A model generated the notes under the pieces. The model was not told where the DNA came from, made no database searches, and saw only the letters and a program-made list of their open reading frames with translations. A DNA stretch of 64,000 bases, taken from NCBI GenBank assembly GCA_951406725.2, contig OX597826.1, forward strand, positions 73,532,001 through 73,596,000, given 5' to 3'. This DNA is from Octopus vulgaris (Eukaryota). Below, in pieces: positions 1-14,244 of the stretch. How positions within the stretch are numbered: position 1 is the stretch's first letter; every line of letters begins with the position of its first letter. Position numbers and translations under genes: made by a program.

Positions 1-17
1 TAGAGCAAATCGACTCA

Positions 18-62
18 TACTTTGCTGAAAAGGTCTAATAAAACCGAAACGTATCCGGAGTA
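18..62 (+). ncRNA. Degenerate minimal hammerhead-like motif (probable Penelope-like pLTR remnant)
   Basis: TACTTTG-CTGAAAA-GGT(ctaataaa)ACC-GAAA-CGTA-TC-CGGAGTA: stem I pairs with two G-U wobbles; G8 is replaced by A and stem III is mismatched. Confidence 0.3.
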
Positions 63-343
63 GTTCCCCTACTTGTTAAAGATTAGACTAACCACCACTA
101 ACACATTCTGCATATCCCTAATTAACTTTTGAGTAAATCAGGATTTCAAAATGGTTTCCTTTGCTTCTCTTCGTGGGAATTAATGAGTAACTGAATGAGT
201 TGTTATTGTTTTCGCTTTTTTGTCTCGTCACCTGGAGATGATTGTTTTTTGTAGGGTTGTTTAAGTTCGGCACAATAAATGTATTAGTCTCTGATTAACT
301 GTCTTTGATGGTAAAAATATCCATTTTTATATGTGTGTGTGTG

Positions 344-383
<40 letters not shown>

Positions 384-488
384 TTGGATAAGGTTAAAAC
401 ATGGTCTGGTTTTCACGTTTTTTTTATTATGGTATTTTCGTGTGTGTTGTGTTCCTGTTTTGAGTTTTATTGCTTGTACCACCAAATG

Positions 489-1088
489 CATACACACACG
501 TACATACATACATACATACACACATACACACATACATACATACATACATACACACATACACACATACATACATACATACATACATACATACATACATACA
601 TACATACACACATACACACATACATACATACATATATACATACATACATACATACACACATACACACATACATACATACATACATACACACATACACACA
701 TACATACATACATACATACACACATACACACATACATACATACATATATACATACATACATACATACACACATACACACATACATACATACATACATACA
801 CACATACACACATACATACATACATATATACATACATACATACATACACACATACACACATACATACATACATACACACATACACACATACATACATACA
901 TATATACATACATACATACATACACACATACACACATACATACATACATACATACACACATACACACATACATACATACATACATACACACATACACACA
1001 TACATACATACATACATACACACATACACACATACATACATACATACATACATACATACATACATACATACATACACACATACATACG
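489..1088. repeat. Compound (CATA)n/(CA)n microsatellite with higher-order periodicity
   Basis: Direct reading; source of the YIHT/MYVC pseudo-ORFs. Confidence 0.97.
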
Positions 1089-1608
1089 TATGTATGTATA
1101 TATGTGCGAGTGTATACATGACTGTGTGTACATCATGCATGTGTATAAATACATTAGTTGGAAATTAGTTTAGATGTACAAGGGTATATAATAGTTTAAC
1201 AAGACCAAGATGGCATCATTGAGAAAGAAATAAAGAACAATTAAAGGGTAAGATGATTAACCAATTAAATACGACAGAAAAGTCAGCAGACCGCAAAAAA
1301 AGGACAGACGACTTCCGGCGGCGTCTCTTTACTAATACTTCCGCTTTATCTGTATTAGTTGTTTGGTGCCTAATAACGGAGATCAGAGAGGTATTATACG
1401 GCATGTAAGACTAGTTATTTGGTGGCTTACATGTTATGTGTAGTTTGCTAAATTATCTAGAAAGCAGGTTGACTGTGCATAAGGCAGAGAAAGAGAGATA
1501 CAGAAGAGGGTACGAAGTCTCAGTGTATCTGTCTGTATTTCTATACGTGTATTTCTATATTTCTATATGTGGGTGGCGTTGTGTGCGCATGTGAGAATAT
1601 GTGTGTGT

Positions 1609-1652
<44 letters not shown>

Positions 1653-2029
1653 GAGAATGCATGTGTTCGTGCAAGAGTGGAATATATACGTGTTCGTAGA
1701 CGATGTTGCGTGTGTGTGTGTGTATATATACAGGGGTGTCGATGCACGTTTGCAAGTTTTTATTAAACAACACATCAGCAACAGCCCATTAGACCTCAGT
1801 AGATGTGATGCTTGCTTACTGCGCTATGAAAGCGAATACTAAAAAAGGGTCCTTAATCTCGTAGAGACATTCTGCATACACCCTCGCCTTTCTTCGTGTT
1901 AAAACTTACATTCTGAGAGATATGAAACCCATGCGATTGACTTTTAGAAACTGGAATAATATTTCAGGAGCTGGAATTGTAATTAAATCTGATAATATAA
2001 TCCAAATATATATCAGGGCAATATTCATA

Positions 2030-2215
2030 TTTCTTTACTCATTTCTCTTAGTCATGTGACTGCAGTCTCATACTGAGACATCGCTTTGAAGAGTGTAGTC
2101 GATCAAATCGACTCCAGAGTTGGTTTTTTTCTTTTTTTTCTTAACTTTATTTGATCTGTTCTTTTTGCCGAAACACGGAGTTATAGGGATGTAAACAAAC
2201 CAATACCGATTGCTG
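2030..2215 (-). mobile_element. SINE family A, diverged 3' half
   Basis: Similar to the reverse complement of the 3' half of 7205-7630. Confidence 0.6.
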
Positions 2216-2240
2216 ACGTGGGGGGGGCAAAGACACACAT

Positions 2241-2326
<86 letters not shown>

Positions 2327-2775
2327 TATACATATTACATTTTGTCCGGGGTGCTGGCGATTCTGCCAGCTCACCGCCTTGGATGGATCAAATGATACTG
2401 AATAGAACTAGACACAAATTGAGCCGAGAATCAGACGAAGACTGGAGCAGATGAAACGATGAAGAAGGATACCATAATAAAATGAAGAAATCATCCCCAA
2501 GTGACAAGACAAAAAAGCGAAAACACAAAAAACCCCCAAAAACTCCTCATTCATAAATAAATGTATTGTAAGAAAGAAAGAAATGTGCGCTTCCGTCCAT
2601 CTTCTGACACGGCAACTCACTGCATTAACTGTTTTGAAAAAAACTAACAGAGATAATACATGGTGGTAGGGGTGGCGGGGTGGAACTCTTGAGAAATCAC
2701 GTGACCAACTTTGTATGGACACTGGTCAGTCAGTGACAAGTGTTGCTTTCTTTCATCCACCCACTCAAATCTATT

Positions 2776-2778
2776 TTA

Positions 2779-2819
<41 letters not shown>

Positions 2820-3216
2820 TTCTCACACGGACACACACATGCACACACACACATACGCACACGTGTACACACATACACACACATGCACACACACATATAC
2901 ATTCTCATGCGGATACACACACACATGCATTTTCATACACACACACGTTCGCACACGTGTACACACATTTCTCACATGCACACACACACACACATACATA
3001 CATTCTCACGCGGATACACACACACACGCACATCCATTCACATACACACACGCACATTCTCACACGTACACACACACATTTCTCACATGCACACAAATAT
3101 ACATTCTCAGATGGATACAAATATGCATTCTCACATGCACACACACACACATATACATTCTCACAGACACACATTCTCGCATGGACACGAACACATGCAT
3201 TCCCTCTCTCTTTCCT

Positions 3217-3249
<33 letters not shown>

Positions 3250-3283
3250 AACATTCTCACACGTACACACAACGCCACCTACC
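2776..3283. repeat. CA-rich minisatellite with recurring CATTCTCAC(A/G) motif
   Basis: CATTCTCA motif repeated between (CA)n runs. Confidence 0.85.
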
Positions 3284-3870
3284 ATTAAGCCATTCTCTAC
3301 TGTTTCCTCTCCGTTCACCGTCTTCTATCACCTGATACTTTATATTACAATGATATGACGTAGAAACAGGGTCAAGATGGCGGAAATGAAATACAGTCGT
3401 TTTCCAAAAATTTTCTCTCGGTATTTACGTACGTACCAAATGTATATGCGCGCGCACGCGTGTGTGTTTATGTGTTAATGTGTGTATGCATGTGTGTGTG
3501 TGTGTGTAACGTATGCATTTAATGTAGGTATGTAATGTAAACATTTATTGCACAAATACACATTTACCACACTTATACTTAAATGTAAGTGTATATATAT
3601 GTGTGTGTGTGTGTATGCATACACATATATATGTATATGTCATTGCGAATGTATGTGTATATTTTTTTACATTAGCGCATACTCACACACACACGTAAGT
3701 CCAAAACATTTCATCTTAAAATGGCGTATCGTAAAGACCATTATAAGCGATTGCACGTAATGCCATCTTCCACCACGACTATCACCACCACCACCACCAC
3801 AACCCCACTACCACTAGATCATCACCGCTACTACAACCACTATAACCACCAGCACCACCATACACTCGCA

Positions 3871-3905
<35 letters not shown>

Positions 3906-3969
3906 TCACTGATGGGAATATACACAACACACCCTCACATAAGTCGTCTTCATACACACTCATACACAT

Positions 3970-4010
<41 letters not shown>

Positions 4011-4904
4011 TGTATGTTTATGTACGTGCTTGTACACCATAATACACTTATAGTATTTTCGAGCGAGTAAAACTCCATGAAAGATAAAATCTTCAGAAAG
4101 GAAACAAACTAAACTCCGTAGAATTATTAAACAGAATGGAACACTTGATCTGGTACCATAGACTCTAATATCTTAGATGTTGGTGCAACAGAATCTGGTA
4201 TGCTAAGCTCGTACCTAAAGTTATCGAACTAAAGAGAGGGCTTCGTTCGACTTTCTAGAAATAGCAGCAAAATCTCTCTCAAATCTCAACTAATTGTCGT
4301 ATTAAAAAAAAAAAAACTACATGTTAGTCAATATGGATTTGTGTTATTTGTACATAGGAAAAGGCTGAGATGGTCAAAGTTGAAACGTTTTTGATCATTA
4401 CTCTGCTCGATCAGGGCTAATCGGGATTGGAGTGGATTTATACAGCAAAAACTGCAACACCAACAGGCACAATAACAATAACATCAAACTCTGGTACCTT
4501 CAATTAGGCTCTGGTGAAATATCCTTGGGATTTCAGGAGATCAATCCTAGGGATATCAATATGCAGCTTCATAGTCCGTCTTTGGTAACCTTAGGCTATT
4601 GTACAGAAGACCACATTAAGGGACAGATACGCTAGGCAGCACTGCATAACCCAAACCCAATCTTCGGAAAATGTTTGGGGTCCTGTAGATCCTGCTATGG
4701 GTATTCTATGTTCTATATTCAAACTATAGTAATTTACTCAAGCCCGAATCGTACCACTCGACGGTATCTTAAGACTGATTCTCAGTTTCTAACAAACACC
4801 ATGGCCAAGAAAGAAGGAATCAGCGGATGCAAACTTTATTTATTTTCTCATTAATAAAAGAAAAGAAAAGTGAGGACCAAAACAAAACAAAAAACAAACT
4901 TTTA

Positions 4905-5068
4905 GCCATGGTTGTGTGGTTAAGAAGCTCGATTTGCAAACTTCTTGGTTTCAAGTTCGGTCCCGTCCCACTGTGCAGCACTTTGAGTAAGTATCTTCTA
5001 ATATAGGCCCGATTCGACCAGTGTCTTGTGAGTGAATAAGTTAGGTAGAAACAATATTGAGACCTATC

Positions 5069-5143
<75 letters not shown>

Positions 5144-5188
5144 TGACACCTGGTGGTTCATTTACATCCCCGTAAATTAGCGGTTCGA
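4905..5188 (+). mobile_element. SINE family A, diverged, internal (TA)n
   Basis: Head TGGTTGTGTGGTTAAGAAGC, CCCACTGTGCAGCAC, CCCCGTAAATTAGCGGTTCG. Confidence 0.65.
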
Positions 5189-5248
5189 TAGTGCATCTTA
5201 TAGTAGACAGAGCTGTAAGCTAATGACACAATATTTTCTTTATCATTC

Positions 5249-5311
<63 letters not shown>

Positions 5312-5326
5312 TGCGTATATATGGGT

Positions 5327-5365
<39 letters not shown>

Positions 5366-5979
5366 TAGTCCCAATAGATTAATTCATTATAAATTACGAG
5401 AGACAGAGACTGTTTCTTTGGTTGGTTTTAATCTTTTTTACATCTCTTGGTAGTGGGGGTGGGGACGGTGGGGCGCGGAGAACAGTTGTGGTGGTGGTGG
5501 TGGTGGTGACGGCGGTAGCGGTGGTGGTGGCGGCGGTAGCGGTGGTGGTGGCGGCGGCGGTAGCGGTGGTGGCGGCGGCGGTGTGTTTAAGGCTAATGAG
5601 AGTGATGGCGCATGGGTGAGAGCGTGATGATGGTGGTAATGATGATGATGATGATGATGATGATGATGCTACTGATGAAGGAGATGGTTTGATGGTAGTA
5701 CCTGACTGTCTACTTGTTATTGTTTATAGTAGCTATAGATGATGATGACGATGATGATGGAAAATAAATAAAATGAAGATGAGGTGGAGGAAAATAAAGA
5801 GAAGGACAGTGATGGTAGTTGTCTCGTTAACCAACTTACTATTCTTATTGATGGTGATGGTTACGACAGGAACGGCGATTCGCTTCTATCGCTGCTACTA
5901 AATTCCTTTACATTGCTGTTGATGTTCTTGTTGTTGGTCGTGGTGGCCGAGGTAGCAGTGGTAATAGGGGGTGACTTCG

Positions 5980-6017
<38 letters not shown>

Positions 6018-6156
6018 GCTGTTACATTCTAAAAATAATTAACATAATTTATGTTATTGTTGCTGTAATTAATATCCCTGTTCATAGTGCTACCACAAAA
6101 GCACACTACATATACGTGTCGTACGAAGAAAAACTCTCTCTCCCTCTCTCTGCATA

Positions 6157-6199
<43 letters not shown>

Positions 6200-6372
6200 A
6201 TATACATACACATACATACATACATACATACATACATACATACATACATACATACATACATACACACACACTCTTATATGCATACATACATGCACACATA
6301 TATAAACATATATGTATATATATGTACATTACATATCGATACATAAGTATATATATATACATATATATGAAC

Positions 6373-6445
<73 letters not shown>

Positions 6446-6455
6446 AAGAGAGAGC

Positions 6456-6501
<46 letters not shown>

Positions 6502-6570
6502 TGTGTGAGTGTATGTGTACATGTATGTGTATATATAAACACCCACATATATACACATACACACACACAC

Positions 6571-6619
<49 letters not shown>

Positions 6620-7070
6620 CATACATATATATATATATATCTTGTCGATTGGCTAACTTGACGTATTCTTTATACTCTACGACATCTTTGATGCCTTTTG
6701 TCAGGGTGAGCTTAGCTCGAGGCGTTTTGGTAGCATCGCACTGAAAAGTTTTCTTTTCAAATTACCATTTGATTGTCCGCCACGCGGCAGAGAAGTCTAA
6801 AAATCATTCGGAATAATTGTCGCAGTGAAATGGGTTGATTTTCAAATAGATTGGACAGTATTTAGTTGATGAATGTCGTTGTTCGGGTAACTGGTTCCCC
6901 GTGAATGAAACATTGTGTTTCATGACAAAGATGATATGCGTGGGCGGCCATTGAAAGCGGGGAAAAACGTACGTATGAATCAAAATGTGAGAAAGAAATC
7001 TTGAGAATATAAAAATGCAAACGTAAAAAAAAAAAACTGTCAAGTATATGTGTGTGTATACATACATACA

Positions 7071-7101
<31 letters not shown>

Positions 7102-7161
7102 GTAAATGTGTATACATACACATATTAAACACACAAACACACACACACATACATACATACA

Positions 7162-7195
<34 letters not shown>

Positions 7196-7204
7196 CACAT
7201 ACAT

Positions 7205-7630
7205 ATAGGCGCAGGAGTGGCTGTGTGGTAAGTAGCTTGCTTACCAACCACATGATTCCGGGTTCAGTCCCACTGCGTGGCACCTTGGACAAGTGTCTTC
7301 AACTATAGCCGCGGGCTGACCAAAGCCTTGTGAGTGGATTTGGTAGACGGAAACCGAAAGAAACCCATCGTATATATGTACATATATATATATATGTGTA
7401 TGCGTGTGTCTGTGTTTGTCCCTCCAACATCGCTTGTCTGTGTTTATCCCTCCAACATCGCTTGACATGCTGGTGTGTTTATGTCCCCGTAACTTAGTGG
7501 TTCGGCAAAAGAGATAGATAGAATAAGCTTCCAAAGAATAAGTCCTGGGGTCGATTTGCTCGATCGACTAAAAGGCGGTGCTCCAGCATGGCCGCAGTCA
7601 AATGACTGAAACAAGTAAAAGAGTAAAAGA
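7205..7630 (+). mobile_element. SINE family A, full length (tRNA-derived head, internal microsatellite, GTAAAAGA-repeat tail)
   Basis: A-box-like TGGCTGTGTGG and B-box-like GGTTCAGTCC; many related copies in the window; small internal tandem duplication near 7410-7464. Confidence 0.9.
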
Positions 7631-7875
7631 ATACGTATGTGTATGTGTGTGTATGCACACACATACGCATACGTGGGGTTTTCTTGGCGTACAGGTGGGG
7701 AAGCTATACGCCAAGAAAACCGGGAAACCGACCCTTAATGAGCCAGACGCGGCACGAGAAGGAACAAACAAAAATATCTTTTATATATTGACCTCTACAT
7801 ACAGTTGTTCATGCTTACGTATATACTCAAGCACGTACGTAGTCTCACACGCACATGCGCACACACACATTAATA

Positions 7876-7953
<78 letters not shown>

Positions 7954-8044
7954 CGTGAGTGTTCACGTGTGTGTGTGTGTGTGTGTGTCCACTTATAGAA
8001 TGAATTGATCATAAGATAAATTGCCTATAGTATAAGAAACGTGA

Positions 8045-8250
8045 GTGGAGGTGAGTGGCTTAGTGGTTAGGGATGTTAGACTCGTGATCGTAAGATTGAG
8101 GTTTCGATTCCTAGACCTGCTGATGTGTTGTGTTCTTGAACAAAACACTTCATTTCACGTTGTTCCATTCAGCTGACAAAAAATGGAGTAAATCATACTA
8201 CAGAAACCGAGAAACCGGCCCTTATTAATGTATTTGAATGGGGATGGGTC
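8045..8250 (+). mobile_element. SINE family D (CORE-like central domain) with tail Y
   Basis: TGGCTTAGTGGTTAG head, TGTGTTCTTGAACAAAACACTT CORE-like block, CAGAAACCGAGAAACCGGCCC tail. Confidence 0.7.
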
Positions 8251-8679
8251 TTTGTCCATTTTCTTAAAAGAGGACCTGCCCCCAGATGCTGCGCAGTAGG
8301 ATTGAACCCATGGCATTGTAACCGAGAAACAAACTTCTTAACCATTCACTCATACTGTCTCGACACGTGAAAAAATATATAATTAGTGTTATTTAAAATT
8401 AGTTTAATTAAAATAAGACCCCTAGACGTAGTACAGAAATATTATTTTCATTCTACGGATTAAATTATATATTCGTAACTTAAATAAATAATTGCTTAAT
8501 TAAACTTTAATTAAGTACCGCCTGTATAGTATTACAAATATTTAAATTTCACTTCTGTTATTTCCTAACAACAAATATAGCTTCAACTTAGATAAGGTCT
8601 ATAAATACTCACATAAACAACTGTCTTCTATTAAGTCTAAAACCATCAGAGATTGTCTCGCCTTTACTTGCCAATTTCC

Positions 8680-8938
8680 GTGTGATAAACACTTGTAGAC
8701 AAACTCTTCTTCATCCACATTATTAACATTTTGTGTATACAAAGCATTTTCATAAGTTTGTTTTGAACGTCCATGCTTGTTTTCGAACTGAAGTTTGTCC
8801 TTGTTTCATATTTCGCTTTTGGATTTGGTTTGCAAGATTCTTTATATGAATTCGTGTGTTGAAGCATATTCTGTTGTGTCCTGGGGAGAGTCATTTTCTT
8901 TTTGTGCTTTATAATGTAACACACTCACCAGTAAAAGT
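8680..8938. mobile_element. Fragment of the repeat family forming the 23170 palindrome (PLE-like)
   Basis: Its reverse complement closely matches 23350-23480. Confidence 0.7.
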
Positions 8939-9109
8939 TGTGCAGAAGTAGATCTGTTCCGTGGCCTTATACTGTAGACTGAACCCCCAGTACATGACTG
9001 GTGCATATTTTATTAATGCTGGAACTATGACAGTAAAGCCTTAACGAGACTTGAACTCGAGAATTAAAAGTAATTAAACAAACACTGTCTATTAGCTGTT
9101 CACACAACT

Positions 9110-9275
9110 CTTTTCTACTCTCGGCACAAGGCACAAAATTGGGGGAGGGGGTAAGTCGGTTAGATTGAACCCAGTACGTAACTGGTACTAAATTCATCGA
9201 CCCCGAAAGGATAAAAGGCAAAGTCGACCTCGCCGGAATTTGAACTCAGAACTTAAAGATTGACGAAATACTGCG
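9110..9275 (-). mobile_element. SINE family B, partial
   Basis: ATCGACCCCGAAAGGATAAAAGGCAAAGTCGACCTCG core block. Confidence 0.8.
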
Positions 9276-9627
9276 TAATATAAAGCTTTCCTTCCATAAG
9301 TCCCAGGTTACTCGGGTGGCCGAAAAAAAAACTGGGAACTGTATTATAAATACTGCATACGCGCCAGGGAAATATATACTGTGTATCGCACGTGATATGC
9401 AGGACAGACAAAAGGTTTAAAACAGCAGCCTAATCTCCCTCAAATTACATTAACTTCTTTAAACCTTTCCGTGTCTAAAGCAGTATTATAATTTTGTCCC
9501 AAACTTCAATGTTTTCAGACTTTTAGTTAGCCATTGTTTCATGTCTCAAGTTCTGATGGTTGAGAAAAAAATTGGGAATGAATATGATTTATGACGCATG
9601 TACGCTAGGGAAGTGTCCAGTGTGTCA

Positions 9628-9995
9628 TCTATATATATAAAGCTGAAGTTGTCTATGTATGGCAGGTTTGGTAGCCTTCAACTAACACTATCTCCTCCGA
9701 GACCCTGCGGCGCAAGTTGACCAAAATTGAGAGTATAATAGAAGAAGGCTTGCTCTTCCTTCCGGACCATGTTAAGACCAAAAATTATTTACATCAAAAA
9801 GGTGCTTTTTTCTATGAAAATCCCTATTTTTTACGATTTTTTGACTGCTGTGTCGCCATTTCTCGGTGTATTTCAACAAGAAAAATGTTCACTTAAAGAG
9901 AATAACAAGCTACATAATGCAAAGTTTTTACATTTCAAAAATTCCAATTCTAAAGGGTCGAAACAAACCCGAGCAACGCCGGGCGATACTGCTAG
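9628..9995 (+). mobile_element. Non-autonomous Helitron (368 bp)
   Basis: 5' TCTATATATATAAA, 3' CTAG, subterminal hairpin CCCG-agcaacgc-CGGG (9968-9983), inserted between A and T with no TSD. Confidence 0.85.
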
Positions 9996-10024
9996 TATAT
10001 GACACACAGAACAAGTGAAGGGTT

Positions 10025-10781
10025 AATCTGCGAGCGAGTTAAATCAAGTCTCTTAATCAGGGCTACAAATATGTGATTATATTTTTCAGTAGCCTTAATA
10101 TCTGCCAGCTTCTTTTCGTTTAATAAATTAAATTTACGATTGTTAAATTGCATTTTGAAGTTTGTAGACCAATGCAGCTGAAAACACGCAATATCCATAT
10201 TTTCGTGAAACAACTTGACCTTTTCAATGACTATTGAACCTGAAATTGACATACCATCGGATCATTTTGCACAAAACTACTTAAATAACACTCCATGATA
10301 ATTCTGAAAGTTTCGATTTTCTTTTTTAATGTTTGCCACAAATCAACATCTACCTACATCAGCCATAAATTACATTAACTGGTCCCTTTTTGTATGTTAA
10401 CGTTATAAATATTTAAAGAACCCTTGTTATATTCAACCACGATGACGCTCCCATTCTCACCTCCTTTCAAGCGCTGTTTTCACCATTTTCTGAAGCAATG
10501 TTAGAGTTGCATGTTTGCTTTTCACACCTCTCCCAACGCGGTCGCTCATGCTAACATTGAAAGCCATTTTCGCTAATGGATTACTGGATGGATGGACAAT
10601 ATATAAGTAGATAAAGGCAGATACAAAACACTTAAGCCCTGGTCAGAGTCCTTTTCAGTTTGTGTATTAACAACGGCTGTGTAGCATAGCCAGTTTACGG
10701 CACTTCAGAAGAAAAGTGCCGAGTGCCGAACAATCGGAAGTACCGGAATATTACACACCGGATTAATGGATTGCAAACAAG
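10025..10781 (-). mobile_element. pogo/Tigger-type DNA transposon remnant (CENP-B-like HTH region)
   Basis: Minus-strand translation from ATG 10567: KSKHATLTLLQK..VEYNKGSLNIY and ISGSIVIEKVKLFHE..NEKKLAD..LTRSQI resemble Tigger/JRKL N-termini; frameshifted, truncated before the DDD domain. Confidence 0.7.
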
Positions 10782-10964
10782 GTTGCAAATGTTACATCAG
10801 AGTTTTGCTCCTCCTACGAAGATGTCCAAACAAAGACTAGGGTTCTCTCGCTCCATGCTGTTGGGTGGACATTGATTCAACTGAGATCATCCGTCCTTTG
10901 ACAGGTTTTGTTTTCCGTTCTGCAGGGTGTCCAACAAAAGCCACCCGCTTTACCAAACATACGT

Positions 10965-11022
<58 letters not shown>

Positions 11023-11621
11023 ACACGTACATACGTGTGTGTAGCGTGAGAGGTAGACCAGTGAATCTATGTGTGTATTGGATAGATACGTATCCACCGA
11101 ATGTGCTTCTTTCTATGTCTGTATGTCTGCGTTTACGTGTATATAGGCGTTTGAGTGTATATTCGAATGTATGCGCGCTTGTATTGTGTGTATGTTTGTG
11201 TGTGTTTGTATGTGTGTGTATGATTGCATGTATTTGTGTGTGTTTATATGTGTGTATGTTTGTATGTGTGTTTTCGTGTGCGTTTGTGTGTATACGTGCA
11301 CATGTTGGTGTGTGTGTGTGTGTGTGTTACATAGTCAGTGGTTAGTAGTGAAACGTCATCATTACCATCCTCAGCAGCAACAACAAGAGAAGCAGCGCAC
11401 CTGGCTGTGTCGCACCAATGTCTTCGATGTCACCTATCAAGTTTCTATAATTATCAAGTCGGCAGGGGGATAGTTCGTCACACTGGGAACATCTCAACTT
11501 ACACACGCACAAACATGCATACACACACGCACACATACACACACACACATACGCATGCACACACACACACACACATATATATATGTATCTATGTATGTAT
11601 GTATGTTTGTATGTATGTATA

Positions 11622-11874
11622 TATTATTAAAATTATAATTAAGGGTATCTAAAAGATACCTTCATGCTAGAGATAGCAGTCAAAACCTACCTCTAAAACC
11701 AAATCAAGTATTCATACAACACCAGGAGAAAAGACTTTCGCTTGTTTATTTGTCTATTTGTCTTTTCTCCTGATGCTGTATGAATACTTGATGTGGTTTT
11801 AAGAGTCAGATTTTGACTGCTATCGCTAGCATGGTGGTATCATTTATATACCCTTAATTATAATTTGAATAATA
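11622..11874. repeat. ~250-bp element with ~65-bp imperfect inverted arms (MITE-like or fold-back)
   Basis: AATTATAATTAAGGGTAT..GCTAGAGATAGCAGTCAAAA versus TTTTGACTGCTATCGCTAGC..ATACCCTTAATTATAATT. Confidence 0.8.
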
Positions 11875-11946
11875 ATTATTACCTATAACGTTTTTATTCC
11901 CATACTGGCCACTTGATATGATCGGTATTTTAAATAACGATCTTAT

Positions 11947-12013
<67 letters not shown>

Positions 12014-12582
12014 GTAAATAGACAATGTGCTTACAAGTCGTCGATATAACAGCATACGTACTTTTAATAAACAAAGATTGGCACAGAAACAGAGTGACCT
12101 CTAGTTTAACTATGGGTGTCTATTTGAAGAGCAAACGTAAATGCATGCTAGTTAAGTGTAGGCCTGTATATTTGCGTATATTTATGTACAACTTTTGATG
12201 ATGAGAATACATATTTGTTACGCTTGTATGTGAATTTTTATGTCTTAGTCTCGTTGTTCTGGGCTGTTCTTCAGTCCAGTAAAGTGGAAAACTTTATGGA
12301 TTCATGGTTTGTGGAGATTACTTACTCTGATTGTGGTTGCTTAGATATTGATGTGTAGTTTTAGGAGGTTCTGTGGCATATAAATATATATATATATATA
12401 TATAAACAAAACAAAAAATTGAACAAGAACCTAGCAGGTGACAACAAAACATCAGGACAGTTAGACGATACAAAGGACAGGTCATTCGGAGCTTCCTATC
12501 TTCAGTTGAGTTACAGACCGTCGTTGCAGTTTTGGCCGGTTACACTCCAGACTGCTCCAATCTGGCCGGCCCAAGAAGATCT

Positions 12583-12806
12583 GCTGGACATTGTTGTAGA
12601 GCTGAAAACGAGCTAATTACTACTCTTCTCCTCTAGAAGCCATCTGCTCGCGATACCAGAGGGCGCACACTCTCCTACCCTGATGTAATCTCCAGGGATA
12701 CAGGCATCCAGCAACAGGACCTCCGTAATGCTATGATGGACCGTGAAGTCTGGCGTAACATAGTAAATTCCATTGTCTCGACCACGGTCGAACAATGATG
12801 ATGATG
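12583..12806 (+). mobile_element. 5'-truncated RTE-clade LINE 3' end with (TGA)n tail
   Basis: Translates AGHCCRAENELITTLLL*KPSARDTRGRTLSYPDVISRDTGIQQQDLRNAMMDREVWRNIV, typical of an RTE ORF C-terminus, followed by a TGA repeat tail. Confidence 0.8.
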
Positions 12807-13225
12807 TACGTATGAACTAAGAGACAGGCTCTGATCACAAAATATGAAGTCCGTCTTACTTCCGGTTCGTGCTTTCTGAGTACCCCTGAGAAAAAAATCT
12901 GTTTGCTTTTCTGAATTTCATAATTTATGGCTACGGGGGAGATGACTTGTGAACATCTCTCCTTGACCTTAATTTACGAACATAAAAACACGACAAAAAA
13001 TGTTCTTTCTAGAGAAATCAGAAAACACCAAACGGAAATGACGCGAACTTCCTCTTTGTTCTCAAAGTACATCCTTTTGTTGAGGTATGCAGGCTTAAGA
13101 TGTCAGCGTAAATCTGAGGATAAATGGTTGACTTGTTGAAGTGTTCTTGAAAATTATAGTAACAACGGATAAACAAGGTTTTATAAGTGCTGTATATAAA
13201 TATATATAAAAAATATACATAGCAC

Positions 13226-13286
<61 letters not shown>

Positions 13287-13348
13287 GACTCTTAGTTCAG
13301 AGCCCTTCTCTTTGATGTACACAACTTGCCTGATCTTTTTAATATTTG

Positions 13349-13389
<41 letters not shown>

Positions 13390-13432
13390 CACATTTATAT
13401 GAAATATATATATATATATCTACATGTATTTC

Positions 13433-13545
<113 letters not shown>

Positions 13546-13915
13546 AGCACGCATACACCACCTGACTACACGGTGACCACCACCTCAACTCGACTACTAC
13601 TACACCACCACCATCGTCTCTACCCCCTTCAACTACCACCACTTCCGCCACCACCACCACACTGCAACCACCATGCCACAGTTACTGCAGTGGATCATGT
13701 CCTTTTGAAATCGCAATCATCAACGTCTGCTCCCTCAACTGAGGCCCCCACGGCTTCAATGCGTTACAATTTAGAAGACTGACTCCCAAGTATTTGTTCA
13801 TCTCAATCAAGCCAAACATTTCTCTGTGAGTGAAAATTCAAGGATTATATCCATCTGGAAAGTTCCAATATTCTCTCGCGTTGTTATGGTAACAAGGGAA
13901 AACACAAACAAGACA

Positions 13916-14060
13916 AGTCAAGACTATTGAAAAGGTTGCAAGACGCAACGAAAATTTTAGGAAAAATAAAAATAAGAAATAAGTGGAAATGTTACCGGTG
14001 AGTGTGTTACATTATGAGACACAAAAAGAAAATGACTCTCCCCAGGACACATCAGAATGA
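13916..14060 (+). mobile_element. Single-arm copy of the 23170 palindrome family
   Basis: Reverse complement of the left arm plus loop of 23170-23417. Confidence 0.8.
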
Positions 14061-14244
14061 ACAAGACATATAATCATAAAGTAAGAAACGCTGGCATCAA
14101 CGATTTCATCAGGGGAGAAATATATGGAGATTGTTGTTGGCAGAGCAGAGTTATGATAAAAGGCTTTCCGGCCATGATCATCACAACTTTTGTATATCTT
14201 GCGTAATGCGTCCTTATTTGTCAAGAATGTATGTTGTGAGTTAA

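Noticed and set aside
4480-4700. Possible restriction-endonuclease-type LINE 3' remnant (also 18080-18280 on minus)
   Set aside because: Similarity limited to a few residues; too decayed to support by eye
6780-6960. Possible mariner fragment (KDDMRGRP)
   Set aside because: Single short motif, no TIR or further transposase motifs found
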